Shown here: positions 43,380 through 55,258 of the stretch, in pieces
Position numbering within the stretch: the first letter of the stretch is position 1
Layout: the number at the start of each line of letters is the position of its first letter
DNA from: Trichoplax adhaerens
Lineage: Eukaryota; Animalia; Placozoa
Direction of reading: 5' to 3'
Length of the DNA stretch: 64,000 bases
NCBI RefSeq assembly: GCF_000150275.1
Contig: NW_002060945.1
Coordinates: 2,193,172-2,257,171 of the forward strand
Position numbers and translations under genes: made by a program
The notes under the pieces: generated by a model
Told to the model about the DNA's origin: nothing
The model's input: only the letters and a program-made list of their open reading frames with translations
Databases searched by the model: none

Positions 43380-43762
43380 TTCAGTACAGTACTGTAGAAT
43401 CCAATTAGTCTTTGTACTGTACAGTATGACAGTAGCATAGTGCTGAAAGTTTGTTGGCCACGGTCTGAACTTGACTTCAGGGCAGCAAAGGAATGCGTGA
43501 CAGCGGGTAAAAATTTTTCTTGACTCAGTACAGGACATGATGGAGCGATACAGGATAGTGCTGGTGTGCTGCCTACAGTACAGTACGAACTTCATGAAGT
43601 ACTGTAAGGAAGTGAACCATTCACTGTACCACGCCGTCATAACTGTACACAGCATACAGTACAGTACAGTATACTGTATGGATTATGGGGATTGAGATAT
43701 TTAGTGTACTGTACAGTGTACAGTAGTACAATACTGTACTGTATATATGACATTTATACTGT
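43380..43762. repeat. TACAG/CTGTA pentamer-rich cluster near the putative LARP4 promoter
   Basis: Dense cagtacagtactgt, tacagtacagtacagtatactgta and gtactgtacagtgtacagtagtac runs. Confidence 0.7.
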
Positions 43763-46134
43763 ACACACAAAGGCAACCACTGCCGGCCGATCGGCTGAAA
43801 AAGACGTGACAGCCGTGCGATCTAGTGACAGCGTATGTGCGTTCCAAACGTTCAAAGCTCGAAATCAATCTAGTCAAAAATACATATCAAAAGTTGAAAA
43901 GAATTCCCTGCACACTAGACAGGCCTCCCAAGGTACATTAACGATGCGGTCCAGAATTTTGTTACTGAACTTTGTACTAATATTAAAGTGTAAAATAGCA
44001 AGTACACGAAGTCGGTCCAAGTCAATCACAAATTCATAATTCACCATACGTTTTGATACACAAACTTCTACCTGTGCGTCAACTTTATTTGCAACTCCAC
44101 GCCAACGGAATACAGTACAGTATACAAAATTTCAATTCTATAATAGCTGAATGATTTGGTAAAGCACGACACAATATCACAACGTAAATTTATTTATTTA
44201 GAGTTAGTACTATTCGACTTTTTTTCTCAGAGGACTAACGTACATTGTACTATTCAATTTGAACTTGTGAAATGATCTTGTAATGACTTTGATAGGGGAT
44301 CTCTCCTACGAACCAATATAAATCTTACCAATTTGTATGAACCGTATGTGAAGTCCTTACAAGCACCGTGAAAATACAACTATGTAAACTAATACATTAA
44401 ATACAGTACGTCGTACACTTTAGGGTTAAAATGTACTGGAAAAATATATGTATATTATACAGGCATACAATATACAGATTACATAAAGCGAAAATGGCAA
44501 ATTAAATCTGGATGTACTGTACTTCACTACTATTGACTATTATAATAATATCTTCGTCTATGTAGCAATGACCGCTAGAATTCTACAGTACAGTATACAG
44601 CGTATAATGTATAATAGATGATATATAGTATACAGTAGAACAGTAGTGTACAAGATAAAAAATATTCTCGTAAACAGCAAATACACCGTTGTGCCCTGCC
44701 TACCTCTGAGATTTGGATAAAAAATCAGTCTATTCGTTCTTGTATTTCTAGGGCATGTAATGTAGATACGAGGAGGTTTGCGATATATGCTGCGGTTACA
44801 GAAATGTTAGCTTCCTTTCTGTAGAATGTTCGGTACACTGTGCGTTTCGTGACCACTGAACAACTCTATCGATAACGTCCCTGGTACTACTCAATCTGGG
44901 ACTAAGAATCATTAATCGCTGATAATGTCATATTGAACTGGCAGAGAATACGGATGCACCACTAGCAATTACAATTGATAATAACTTAAATAAATCAATG
45001 AAAAACTATTGCATCTCAATTTAAATGAATGTCCTAGTAAGAGCCAATCAAACAACAGGAGACATTGGCTTTCAATTTCCCAAGGGTACCTCACTGTGTA
45101 AATACAAGTACAGTACATATAATCATTCTTCAAAGAAATGGATACAAGAATTTTAATATTACATTGCAACTTATAAATACTGAATAATACTCTGTATCCA
45201 ATATTAGCAGTGCTAACATGGAGTATCAAAAATCTTTTAATGATCTTTTTGCTACGGTATAGTAGTTTTATTCAATACTATTGTGCACTAAATGTTCACT
45301 GCCGTGTAAAGCTGGCTAGCGAGAGTTGATAGTTAAGGCATGGAATGAGAATGATAGCATTTCTTGAATATTAAGTATACAGTACATACAACACGTACTG
45401 CATCATATCCAGTCTAGACATGAAGGATTATAGTTTTAGCTGTGTATAATATATTGTACCTTACTGTACGTGGTTGAGTTGAAATGCAATTTCGACGGTA
45501 ATGTACCATAAAATAATTTAAAAATGTCAAACTATTCAACTGCTTGCTACAGTCAATCTTGTTTAGATTGTTTATGAACCAACCCTATTTCAGATTACAT
45601 TAATAGCACTAAGTATTTAGCGACCGTTGGCATATGTCAGACTATGATTGCATTGCTTAATGTCGGCACGCCTACTACGAAATACAAAATTGACATGGAT
45701 ACCTTGCACTTTCACACTTGATATACCTCTCGAGACGTGTAGTTGTGTGGCTACCATTTACTTCATCTCATTTTTTACGTGCTATTTTAAAAAGTTGTCT
45801 ACTCACTCTACTCATCACATACTGTGCGTCCTACAGTGAGCCTCAATAATTATAAGTCAAGCTGCAGCTGCTGCGTTCACAAACAATTTGTCATTTACTC
45901 ATATACTGTACTTTACATTAATTTAATTTGCAACGTGAAATTATGATTTCAACACGATGAAAATCTCGCATATTTAGCGAGATACTGTAGTATTCTATTG
46001 ATGCTGCTGTTACTTTCCGCTAATAAACATTCCTTCACGGTAAAATATCTTTGAATAATATCTCATATCCTGATGGGTTCAACTAACTGTCAAGACGGCA
46101 TCCAACTGTGCAAGGCGATCCAGTGTAAAGTACT

Positions 46135-49100
46135 ATAGTGGTGTGACCAGGGAATCATCACGGCATTAATGGCCTGTTGACTGGTGTCTACTCACTACAA
46201 CTTTCTCCCTTCTTTTTGGGCTCTACGAAAATGATTACAACTAGCTGCATTTTCGGACGGGCTACCATAACAGTATCTACGCGTAGACTACGCTTCCTGT
46301 AAATAAGGACATTAAAGAAATATAATATAATAAATTATTTTCGCCATGCGGGCTAATGTAGACTCAGTTAAAATTTACAGTACTATAAATTGAATTTACA
46401 AATTTTTACTACATCAGGAATACTTTTCATGAATCTGAAATATCGATGACTTACGTATAGATGATATATACGATTATGTAATATTCCTATGTACTAGCAT
46501 ATTATTTTATTCATTCATCAATACAATTTGTTGTATTGTACAATATGTGTTATAGACTATACACAATATTATACGTATATGCTATTCTGTTTACAAGTAT
46601 TGTATTGCACAGTGAACGTTGAGACAAAATCTTCATGACCTCAGAAAAACACTTATCCTCATTACAAAAATAGTCAACAAAGGTGTCATGATCGGATGAG
46701 ATTTTTAAGATTCATTTTCCAGCAAAGTGCAGTACAGTACATCAGTAATAGTAAATATCTTCTTAAGAGAGATATAGTCAGTTAATATCATTAATTCACG
46801 TTATTACCCATAAATCACTTTTTCAGAATTCAATCTTACCTTTAAATTAACTGCATCTACATTTTTACAACTCATCAATATTTTAAGAACGTTCGAAGTC
46901 TAGCGGTAAAACGTGAGTATGTACAATACAATATACATGCTCAAATCAGTAATCCGCGTTAACCACAGAATAAGACTTGACTGTATGATATACTTGAATT
47001 GCTGAAATCAGATACTTTATATAAATGACCATTGCCAAGGCATTCTGACAGTAAAGGATGACGATAGATGATTGCTGTTAGGTTATGACTATAGTAAAGT
47101 ATAAGTATATATATATACGTATACTTATTTCACCATAGGCGTAAACATCATTGTGTACTTCATACTGTATATGTACAGTATATCATAGCCCAAAATAATA
47201 CAGTTCTACTGTGACTGCACGAGTCTACTTAAGATGTACTGTGCAGTAAGTTGCCTGCGACTTAACTGTATGTACGCAAGCTACAATGGTCAATGGAGTA
47301 CAGCAAATAGTACTACTTTGCATCAATATTGCATGAAGAAAGATATTTCAACAATCTAGTTTCTGCTAGCTATCATATTCAGAATATATATTTTAAAACG
47401 TTCTCAGCACTGCAATGATATCATATCTGAGTTCATTGCTTGTACGTAAGAAATGCTGCAATTTGTGTTTAAAGTGAAGAGCTTTGGTGAATTGAGAATT
47501 GTGTCGGATAAGCTTTATTAAGCGAAGGCACTAAAATGCAGATTTAAAAACTACTTGTAAAAGTCCCTGTAACCGATCATTCAGTAGTCCGTCGATGATT
47601 TATGCGCGGTGGTAAATTGAATAACTTTAAGTATTTTGTTACCTCGTGAAAGAATTCTACAAGATTACTTTGAACAGGACGTGTATACAGTATACATTTA
47701 AAATATCTTGATACACTTCATGCAGAAGATAGCAATAAATTAATGATAAATTAAACCGTGCGAAAAACAAAAATAGAATCACAAGTGCCTTGATATCTGA
47801 ATATACGCGTAGCTTAGATAGGTCAATAATTTTATCACGTTCGATCAAATCTGATGCCGTGAATATCTTTACCTCTACGTTCGGAGAGGGGGAGTTGATG
47901 GGCTTAGAATATATCGGTAATTAATCTAGCGATTACTATTACAGTAAAATTAATTTTTAAACTACAAGTATATTATGACTGCACCAGAAATAGGAAGAAT
48001 GGGATTTGGGTACAGAAATTGGAGGCAAACGTGTTCATTTACTCTGTATCATACTCGTATTAGATTATTGCTGTCCAGTAATCTCAGATAGATAGTCAAA
48101 CTAAATTACGAACAGTTACGCTTAAAACAACATTTGAAGTAAAATTTTTAAAGCCAGTAAGTATAAAATGATTATATAAATATCAGGGCTATTATGCCCT
48201 CTTTAAATATCGCCAAAAATGGAAGTTTAAAACAGCCAATTCAATAATTATAACTAATTAATTACACTAGTGTACAATAACGACGATTAATGGTTGGAGA
48301 CAGTTACAATACTGTACGTAGTATAGAGTGGACGTAAATTGTATTAAAATACAGTTTCTTTTAAAATTAAAAAGTATACTACTGTACTCGTATAATGCCA
48401 GCGCTTGAGTAGAATCGACTTGATCCCAAATTTACAGGTATAGCAAAGGGCAAAAAGGAAAACAACACTGCAGTGCAATTTCAGAACATTTCAGGCTTCA
48501 CAAACTCTGAATACTGTAGAACCGATCTGACTTACATTTAACGATGTTGTTTCATGAGTTAGGCGTACTAGGGTTCAAAGGTATACCGTAGTTCTTGTTT
48601 GACATCTATGATTGTATTGCTCCGTTCAATTGGATAACGAGCATAGTAATTCTAACAATATTCTGCTAATTATCGTGATTTATAATTTCTGTACAGTGCG
48701 TTTGAGTTCAAGAAGTCCAATCATCTACATTGTACCTTAAGCTTGTAAAGATTATTATAGTTGTAATTAACATTGTTGAAGCCATAAATCAATCGTAAAG
48801 TGTCTACGTATGTTATACAGTACTGTACAGTATGATGGTTTCGAAAAGTTAGATTCGGCTGCTTATCTTACACGTATAAGAAGTCAATCGTGCGTGTAAC
48901 GAAAAATCCAAATAGGTAAAAAGTTACTTACAGAAAAAAGTAAGTACTTTATAGTGCATACGCATTGCTTCAAATGATAACTTTGTAGTACCATGAGTGA
49001 ATTAAGCTTCAATACTGGTAACAATTTAAATCATACCGTTCTGACTATAGTAAAGAGTTTACCTTCAATCCAAACAAGAAAGGCAAAACAATCGAGTTCC

Positions 49101-49706
49101 AAGTCGATGTCAGACGTACCAGTACGCACAGGCGGCACAGTATTCAATTTCTCTAAGAATGAAAGTTTTTAAAGATGCTTACAGTCAAGATTTAAGTTTT
49201 CTACTGTTAATTAACCAAAGATTGGTTCAAAACCACTGTATCTTAATGGTCGTCCAACATCCACGCCTCCGTCGTACCTTGTGTCCTTACAGTTTATTTT
49301 CGATCTATCTGCGATCAACGTTTGATGCTAAATCTACTGTTGGGGTGCACACAGTATCAAGAACTGTACAGTAGTGTACTCTACTGTTGACAATGTTTAC
49401 TGACCAGGTAGTGATGTAATAATACGGTACAGTACAGTATAGTACTGAGCTTCTCTGTGAGTTTCTCCAGGGACTATCCTGGTTTCTCTGTGGTAAAAAA
49501 GTAAAACAGTACAAATCTACTGTTCTGATACACAGAAACTCCACAGTACTGACTGTTTACTAGTCTAAGCTTTTCTGAGTTTCAGGATGGTTAAAAAGCA
49601 GTATGTTTTACCGAGTACTGTATACTACACTTTTGACCTTACTTCCGGATTTGGCAGTACAGTATGCAAGGTGTATGAGGTAGTGCCAGAGCAGGACTTC
49701 TACTGC
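46135..49706 (-). other. Putative unannotated spliced transcript (lncRNA, small-ORF gene or distal leader), at least 6 exons
   Basis: GC-elevated blocks bounded by canonical sites: 49063-49152 (cttag/gtaaac), 48536-48605 (catag/gtaagt), 47873-47902 (ctaag/gtaaag), 47643-47656 (ttgtag/gtaaca), 46840-46899 (gctag/gtaaga), and an acceptor ttacag at 46296. Further upstream donors follow 49278 and 49643. Confidence 0.5.
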
Positions 49707-50158
49707 AATTAATTAAGAGAATTCTCTTTTAACAGTACAGTATCCCACGCCGCACTTTGATCAGTTGCCTATCGACGAGCAGACGACGCGATTATTATAA
49801 TTATAATCATTAATGAAAGTCTATCTAACTACTGTACAAATCGAATTAAAAATACAGTATGGTACGAGACAACAAAATAGGTACACCACTGCGTACGTGC
49901 TGCTATGTGTTATAACACTGGAAAAATCGCCGTAGGCATTCAAGATTTGTTGAACGAGAGGTTTAATCGAGCAATGTACGTGTATCGCAACGACAAATGA
50001 AATGCTCGCAAGGACCCATAGTGAGCACAAGGGACTACAGTACTAATAAAAAAAATTACTATAGTAATTTATTATTCACTCTTTATACTCCCACTAGGGA
50101 TTTTTAAGGATTTTTCTGAATTGAATCGTTTAAGCTAAAAACGGCACTTTCAATGCCA

Positions 50159-50192
50159 AAAGTGCACGTACTGTACACAGTACGTGCACTTT
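50159..50192. repeat. Perfect 16-bp inverted repeat with 2-nt spacer
   Basis: AAAGTGCACGTACTGT-ac-ACAGTACGTGCACTTT read directly from the sequence. Confidence 0.95.
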
Positions 50193-50337
50193 ACTTAGTA
50201 TTATTATAAATAATAAGGTTAACGGTTAATGAGGTGGCTAGTCGATCTGTACTGTACTGTACTTTGACCTCGCCTACTTTTACTTTTTACTTGATTAACA
50301 AGACTGTAACTTTAGTCCGACTGAGTGTTTTCAACAC

Positions 50338-50413
50338 CGTACTGTACAGTGTACAGTATAGTGCATTACAGTACAGTACAGTACTGTACTGTACTGTACG
50401 TACTGTACAGTAC
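50338..50413. repeat. TACAG/CTGTA microsatellite containing a perfect 32-bp palindrome (50367-50398)
   Basis: tacagtacagtacagtactgtactgtactgta is its own reverse complement. Confidence 0.9.
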
Positions 50414-51347
50414 TTCACTGCACTGCAAAAATGGAGAACACTTCAAGTTCCTAGTTTAAATCAGTAGACTGACAGTGGCTCGCTCATTCATGGCCATTTT
50501 AAGGCAAATATCCTTGAATGATGCCCAATGTCAATTATAATAATACAATCTGTAACTCGGTTGTCGTTGACCATCATGAAAATTTTAGCACAAAAGTAGA
50601 TTGCTGAGTTCAAGGTTTATTCAAACCACGCTATGACACTAGTTGCACACTGTAACGGTGAGATGCTGACACACTGTACTCGTATTGTGGTAATCACCTA
50701 ATCAAGCTTACTGTAGATTTTGATTGACTTAAAAACAAATTCCATTTCATTAGCGCTATTCATTTAAACGCGAATAAGGGCAAGCTTTGTTCTCGTGATG
50801 GGCAATGTGAATTTCATTCACAGTATTGACCATAACTCCATAGTGTAGATTCAACCAATATCTGTTAATGGCTCTAAAAAAATGAAGTGTAATAGCTTGC
50901 ACTATTACGCTACGTTCTAAGTTTACGTCGTGTATCATCATGTGCCTGTTAGTTTATTAGTCCTTCGTACATCTCAGTGTCAGCGTTTATTTTACTTTAT
51001 AGTAAGAATGTAAATAGCTCCTGCGTTAGCATGATTGAAAAGGGATGGTCACATGTAAACTGCTTTAATTAATCAATTATCATGAAAAATTCTTGAATTC
51101 ACTTTTTAACAGTAATTAGATGTCATCGAAATTGCTAGATAGCTTATTAATATTTATTTAAATTAAATAAAATATAAAGATAGCAATTCAGAAACACGAT
51201 AACTTAATATACCTAAAACGTTTTGAAAGTGTGATACGATAAAAATTAGCATCACTAAAATATAAGAATAAAAGAGTCGGTGAAGTAAATAAATAATCAT
51301 AGTACTGTATATGCATAATCTTGCAATATGCAGTGGGCTGCAGGTAC

Positions 51348-54300
51348 TCATTGCTTTAAGGTATCTCTGTAATTTAGAGCTACACTCTGTAACGTTTCGC
51401 GGGCCTCGCAAAAGTCGTCCTAGAACGGAAATTACATTTTAATAATTGAAGATCAAAATATAACTTTTATGAAAATACGAGTCGAGACAGTCTATAGAAT
51501 AGCATTCATGTAATCATGAGCTATGACATCAAAGCCATATTTTAATCATAAAAAAATATTTCTTACTAATGTGGCAATTATAGTTAAATGCACGAATAGT
51601 GTAACTCTCTAAGAATAAATTGATCATAAAACTATCAGTAAGTATTCTCAAACTCTCACCTCACAGCAACCGTATTTCCAATACCAATGAAGGAAAGCTT
51701 TAGCTTCATACATTGTTGATGTTTTCGACAGAATATGATCGAAGTAGTCTATAACACCACAACTATTTGAGCAAACGTATAGAGTTCTACTACCAGAACT
51801 GGCGCTCCTTGAGCAGTCTTTTTCAGCTAACAGAGTTCAAATATTTATTATTAACGATCTAGCAAGACTGCTTCAAATTAAATGGAACCGCAAAATAATT
51901 AAGCAAATACGTATAGTAGGATACCTGTCCAATAGTCAATAGGAAACGGATTCCAATTGACACATCGATACGCTGCTTTCAAGTTTTCGTTTAATCTTGG
52001 CATGAAATTGAAAAAGGAATGATCCCTATCACCTCTTGCAACCGCTAGACAGGAAATAGAATCTAACTGCAATAAAAGAAGCAGTTGAGTTTGTTATCAA
52101 ATTTAAAATTCTTTAATTAAGATATACTCGTGTATGAATAAGTGCTGCGTAAAGCTAGCACAAAAATACTTAAAGATAAGTTACGCCACATACAACAGTT
52201 CCCGATTTGGGTCTGCAATTAGTTTGGACGTAGTTACGAACTAAACTATCCCAAGCTACCCTATGAAAGACAAGAAATTTCTATTTGGTAAAAGTAACAA
52301 ATACGATTTTTGTTACAGTGGATAACTACAACAGTCTGTAATTGATAGCATACCCTTTCGATAAGTACTTAATACCGGTAAATTTTAAGATTGGCATTGG
52401 ACATGTTGTCTGAAGCATTTCCCAAGGTTCTCTACCCGGAAATACACAACTATAAGACAACAACTGTAATATTAGAGGGTATTCTGAAGTTATACACCTT
52501 GCTAAATTGTAGCAAAGATTATATAGTAACCAAAATTACACTTTTACATAATTATTCGGATTGATTTCTATATAGAATAGATTTAATGCTTCACCGTCAA
52601 AGTAAACTTGTTACCTTGCTACATTTGACTTGGGTGAGCTTAAGGGTGATATAATTCCTGCTAGGCTTCTCGCAATGTAGCTATTCATTGCCTCTAGAGA
52701 AACCGCCTTAGAAGATTCAGACTTTGACCTAGTTATATATTGCAATTAAAAATCATTTAGATTGATAATTTATTTGGCGCGCAAGTATAATAACGTACAA
52801 TATATTATCAGATTAATCATTTGCATACCGAAGGGACATTATTCGGTTGATAACGTCATCATTTTCATAAAGAATTATGCCATCTGAGTAGCTATCAAAG
52901 ATTGAAGAAGTACGTTAATTATATAATCAATTACTCAGTCGTGTAATAAGTAATAAGAGAGAAAATTAAGACCATTTAATAAGCTTCATAGAGCGTATAA
53001 AAATTACATCAATCTTAAATTTAAAAGTTATGCATCATGCAGAAATATCATTTACTTTTGTAAATATGATAGCGATAACATCGAGTTGTAGCACTGTAAT
53101 GGGCTTTCTCCTGATCTATGAGGAGACACACCAACAGATAATATGTAATTTATTGGGTATTCTTCTCTGATAGCTTCGCAGATTCTGGAACCTAAACCTA
53201 AATATACATAATGAGAGATTTAGCTCAATTAATGAGAAATGTAGTAAAAAATTCCAATTTTTGAAGTCTATATTCAAAACTACTCTTCTATAAATGTATA
53301 CCTGATCCAGTACCTCCGCATGTGCTATGAAGCATAATACATCCCATGTACGAGTCACAACTGCAAAGTGCGTAGAATCAGATGTATATGCAATAGAATT
53401 GATATCACAACGCCTATATTCAGAGTGATTACCGTTCCACTTCCTTTCTTAATGCATTTAAAAAATCATCTATAAATGATGGGCCAATAACATTCTGAAA
53501 TCCGTGGTAACCTATATAGGCATGTATTGATAAAACATCAACGATTAACTTACCGAATCTTAATAAAATTATTCTTCATTTTGTTTGGTATCAAGTAGTA
53601 TTACAATGGTAGTACGGTAGATAACTATTATATCTTAGATTTGTTAGTATATGTTAAGTATCTATTACATATATGTACTATTACGCCTACATAACATATT
53701 TATCACGCTTGTTGTTACACAATTGCACACATTTTATGTTCGCTTAAAATGTATCTTCACGCGTGTAACTCTTGAGAAACGTGCTTTATTTGTTACTATG
53801 TGAGCAGTTCTTTAAGATTGGTATAATTCTACGTTAATTCTGTACTCATACAGCCTTACTTTACGATTACATACACTGATTTACGCTTATAGATTTATAT
53901 CAAGTATACATCTGCCTTATCTAGTTACGCTACAGTTTTCCAAATAAACCTTATATTATTTTACACACTGTACGAGATTTATTACTTGACTAAAGCAGTA
54001 TTACGAACCACATACATAACAAGTAATTAACGTTAAAGCCTACATGTTTTCTCTGATAGAAATACAATATAACTTTAGTAATTTCTGAAGTCCACATTGT
54101 TCTTACCGAGAGCCCAATTAGCACCGCAACCAGAACGTCCCGAAAAAATATTTTTCTTGCGATAGCTTGCATAAAATAAGATATTGTGTTGATAAAAGGA
54201 TCACGTCAGGTACGAAAGAAGATAACATTTTGAAAATGTACTGCAGTTCTGCCATGTCATAATTATGTACTATAATCGTGCTTAATGCATGAGTGCACTA

Positions 54301-55258
54301 ATAAGATGCCTCAGATACAATACCTCAGAAACATCGTATCGATAAATTATAAAATGCACTCATAATTATTGTGTACAGTATATTACGGTAGTTATTAGGC
54401 CGAACAGATTCTATAGTTATTGATTACCTTTTTTCATACTTGTTCAGTAAGTTCGAGATAACCTACAAATACGCGTATAGTCAAAATAATTGTAAGTAAT
54501 GTGCGGCATACGTACACTTACCTGGAAAATATTAATTCTTGTTATTGCTAAAAGCAGTTATTTAATGATTGATAGATATCTATCCTATAAAATAATAACA
54601 TACCTTGGGTTCGCTGTCGACGCAAAGGCATCTTAGCTTTTTATCATAATGCTGATAAATGTGAGACATTGATGACGTACTTCAAATCAGGATTACAACC
54701 GTGAAACGAAATGGAATGTGAGCTGATGTTAGAGCTGCAACTGTCAACATTGATTACTAAATTTTATAGACCAATATACAGTTTATCATTTTGTTGTGCA
54801 TTATTACACCATAATAGGTCAAAATTACTAGCAGGAGAATGATTTGTAGGTGTTTAGAGATGTTTAGTAATCAACTTTATTTCATTTATCAATTGCTAAA
54901 TTGCAATACAGACTGTACTTGTATTCATGCATAGATACGTCAAATCGTAGGAATAATATTATTATTATTATTCTTATTGTTATTCTTATTATTATTATAA
55001 GCAGCTACTATACGCGTCCCATATTATAGGTTCGCGAATTCGGATCATAGCTGTCATAGTAGCCTAATTACACTTGCAACGTAGTTTTTAAAGGCAATAT
55101 ACTGTACAATATATTATAAATACAGTAATCACGAATCTTGTTAATTATTGCCTTCAGTAATACCTGTCATCATTATCGTTTTCGATGAAATTGCAAAAAT
55201 CTCTACCAATCTGATTTCCGCACTGACCAACTTGGATAAGGATATTATTGGCAGCCAT
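51348..55258 (-). CDS. Zeta-tubulin (delta/zeta group); 14 coding exons, missed by the ORF track
   Basis: Spliced protein: MAANNILIQVGQCGNQIG..CVDSEPK/VI..GCGANWALG/YHG..LRKEVER/CDSYMG..HSTCGGTGSG/LGSR..GESPLQCYN..YSDGIILYEND..MNSYIA..EPWEMLQTTCPMP..LAVARGD..WNPFPIDYW..KAFLHWYWKYGC..DF..ETLQSV..Y. The motifs VDSEPK, GESPLQxYN, EPWE..CPMP and WNPFP.D.W fit zeta rather than delta (VDMEPK, GEVIVQNYN) as I recall them. Confidence 0.85.
54954..54998. repeat. Imperfect (ATT)n microsatellite in zeta-tubulin intron 1
   Basis: attattattattattcttattgttattcttattattatta. Confidence 0.8.

Noticed and set aside
43248-44039. 135-aa and 115-aa ORFs rich in YCTV/VLYC
   Set aside because: Translation artefacts of the TACAG/CTGTA repeats. 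The same applies to ORFs at 49305-49544 and 50234-50467.
46300-48530. Box C/D snoRNAs in introns of the unannotated transcript
   Set aside because: CTGA boxes are present, but I found no clean RTGATGA with terminal stem or a convincing rRNA-complementary guide by eye. This needs snoscan.
48549-48560. Antizyme-like +1 frameshift at TCA TGA
   Set aside because: The site is not UCC UGA, and the +1 frame is short with no antizyme similarity.
50338-50413. CRISPR-like repeat array
   Set aside because: Simple pentamer microsatellite without unique spacers, in a eukaryotic context with no cas genes.
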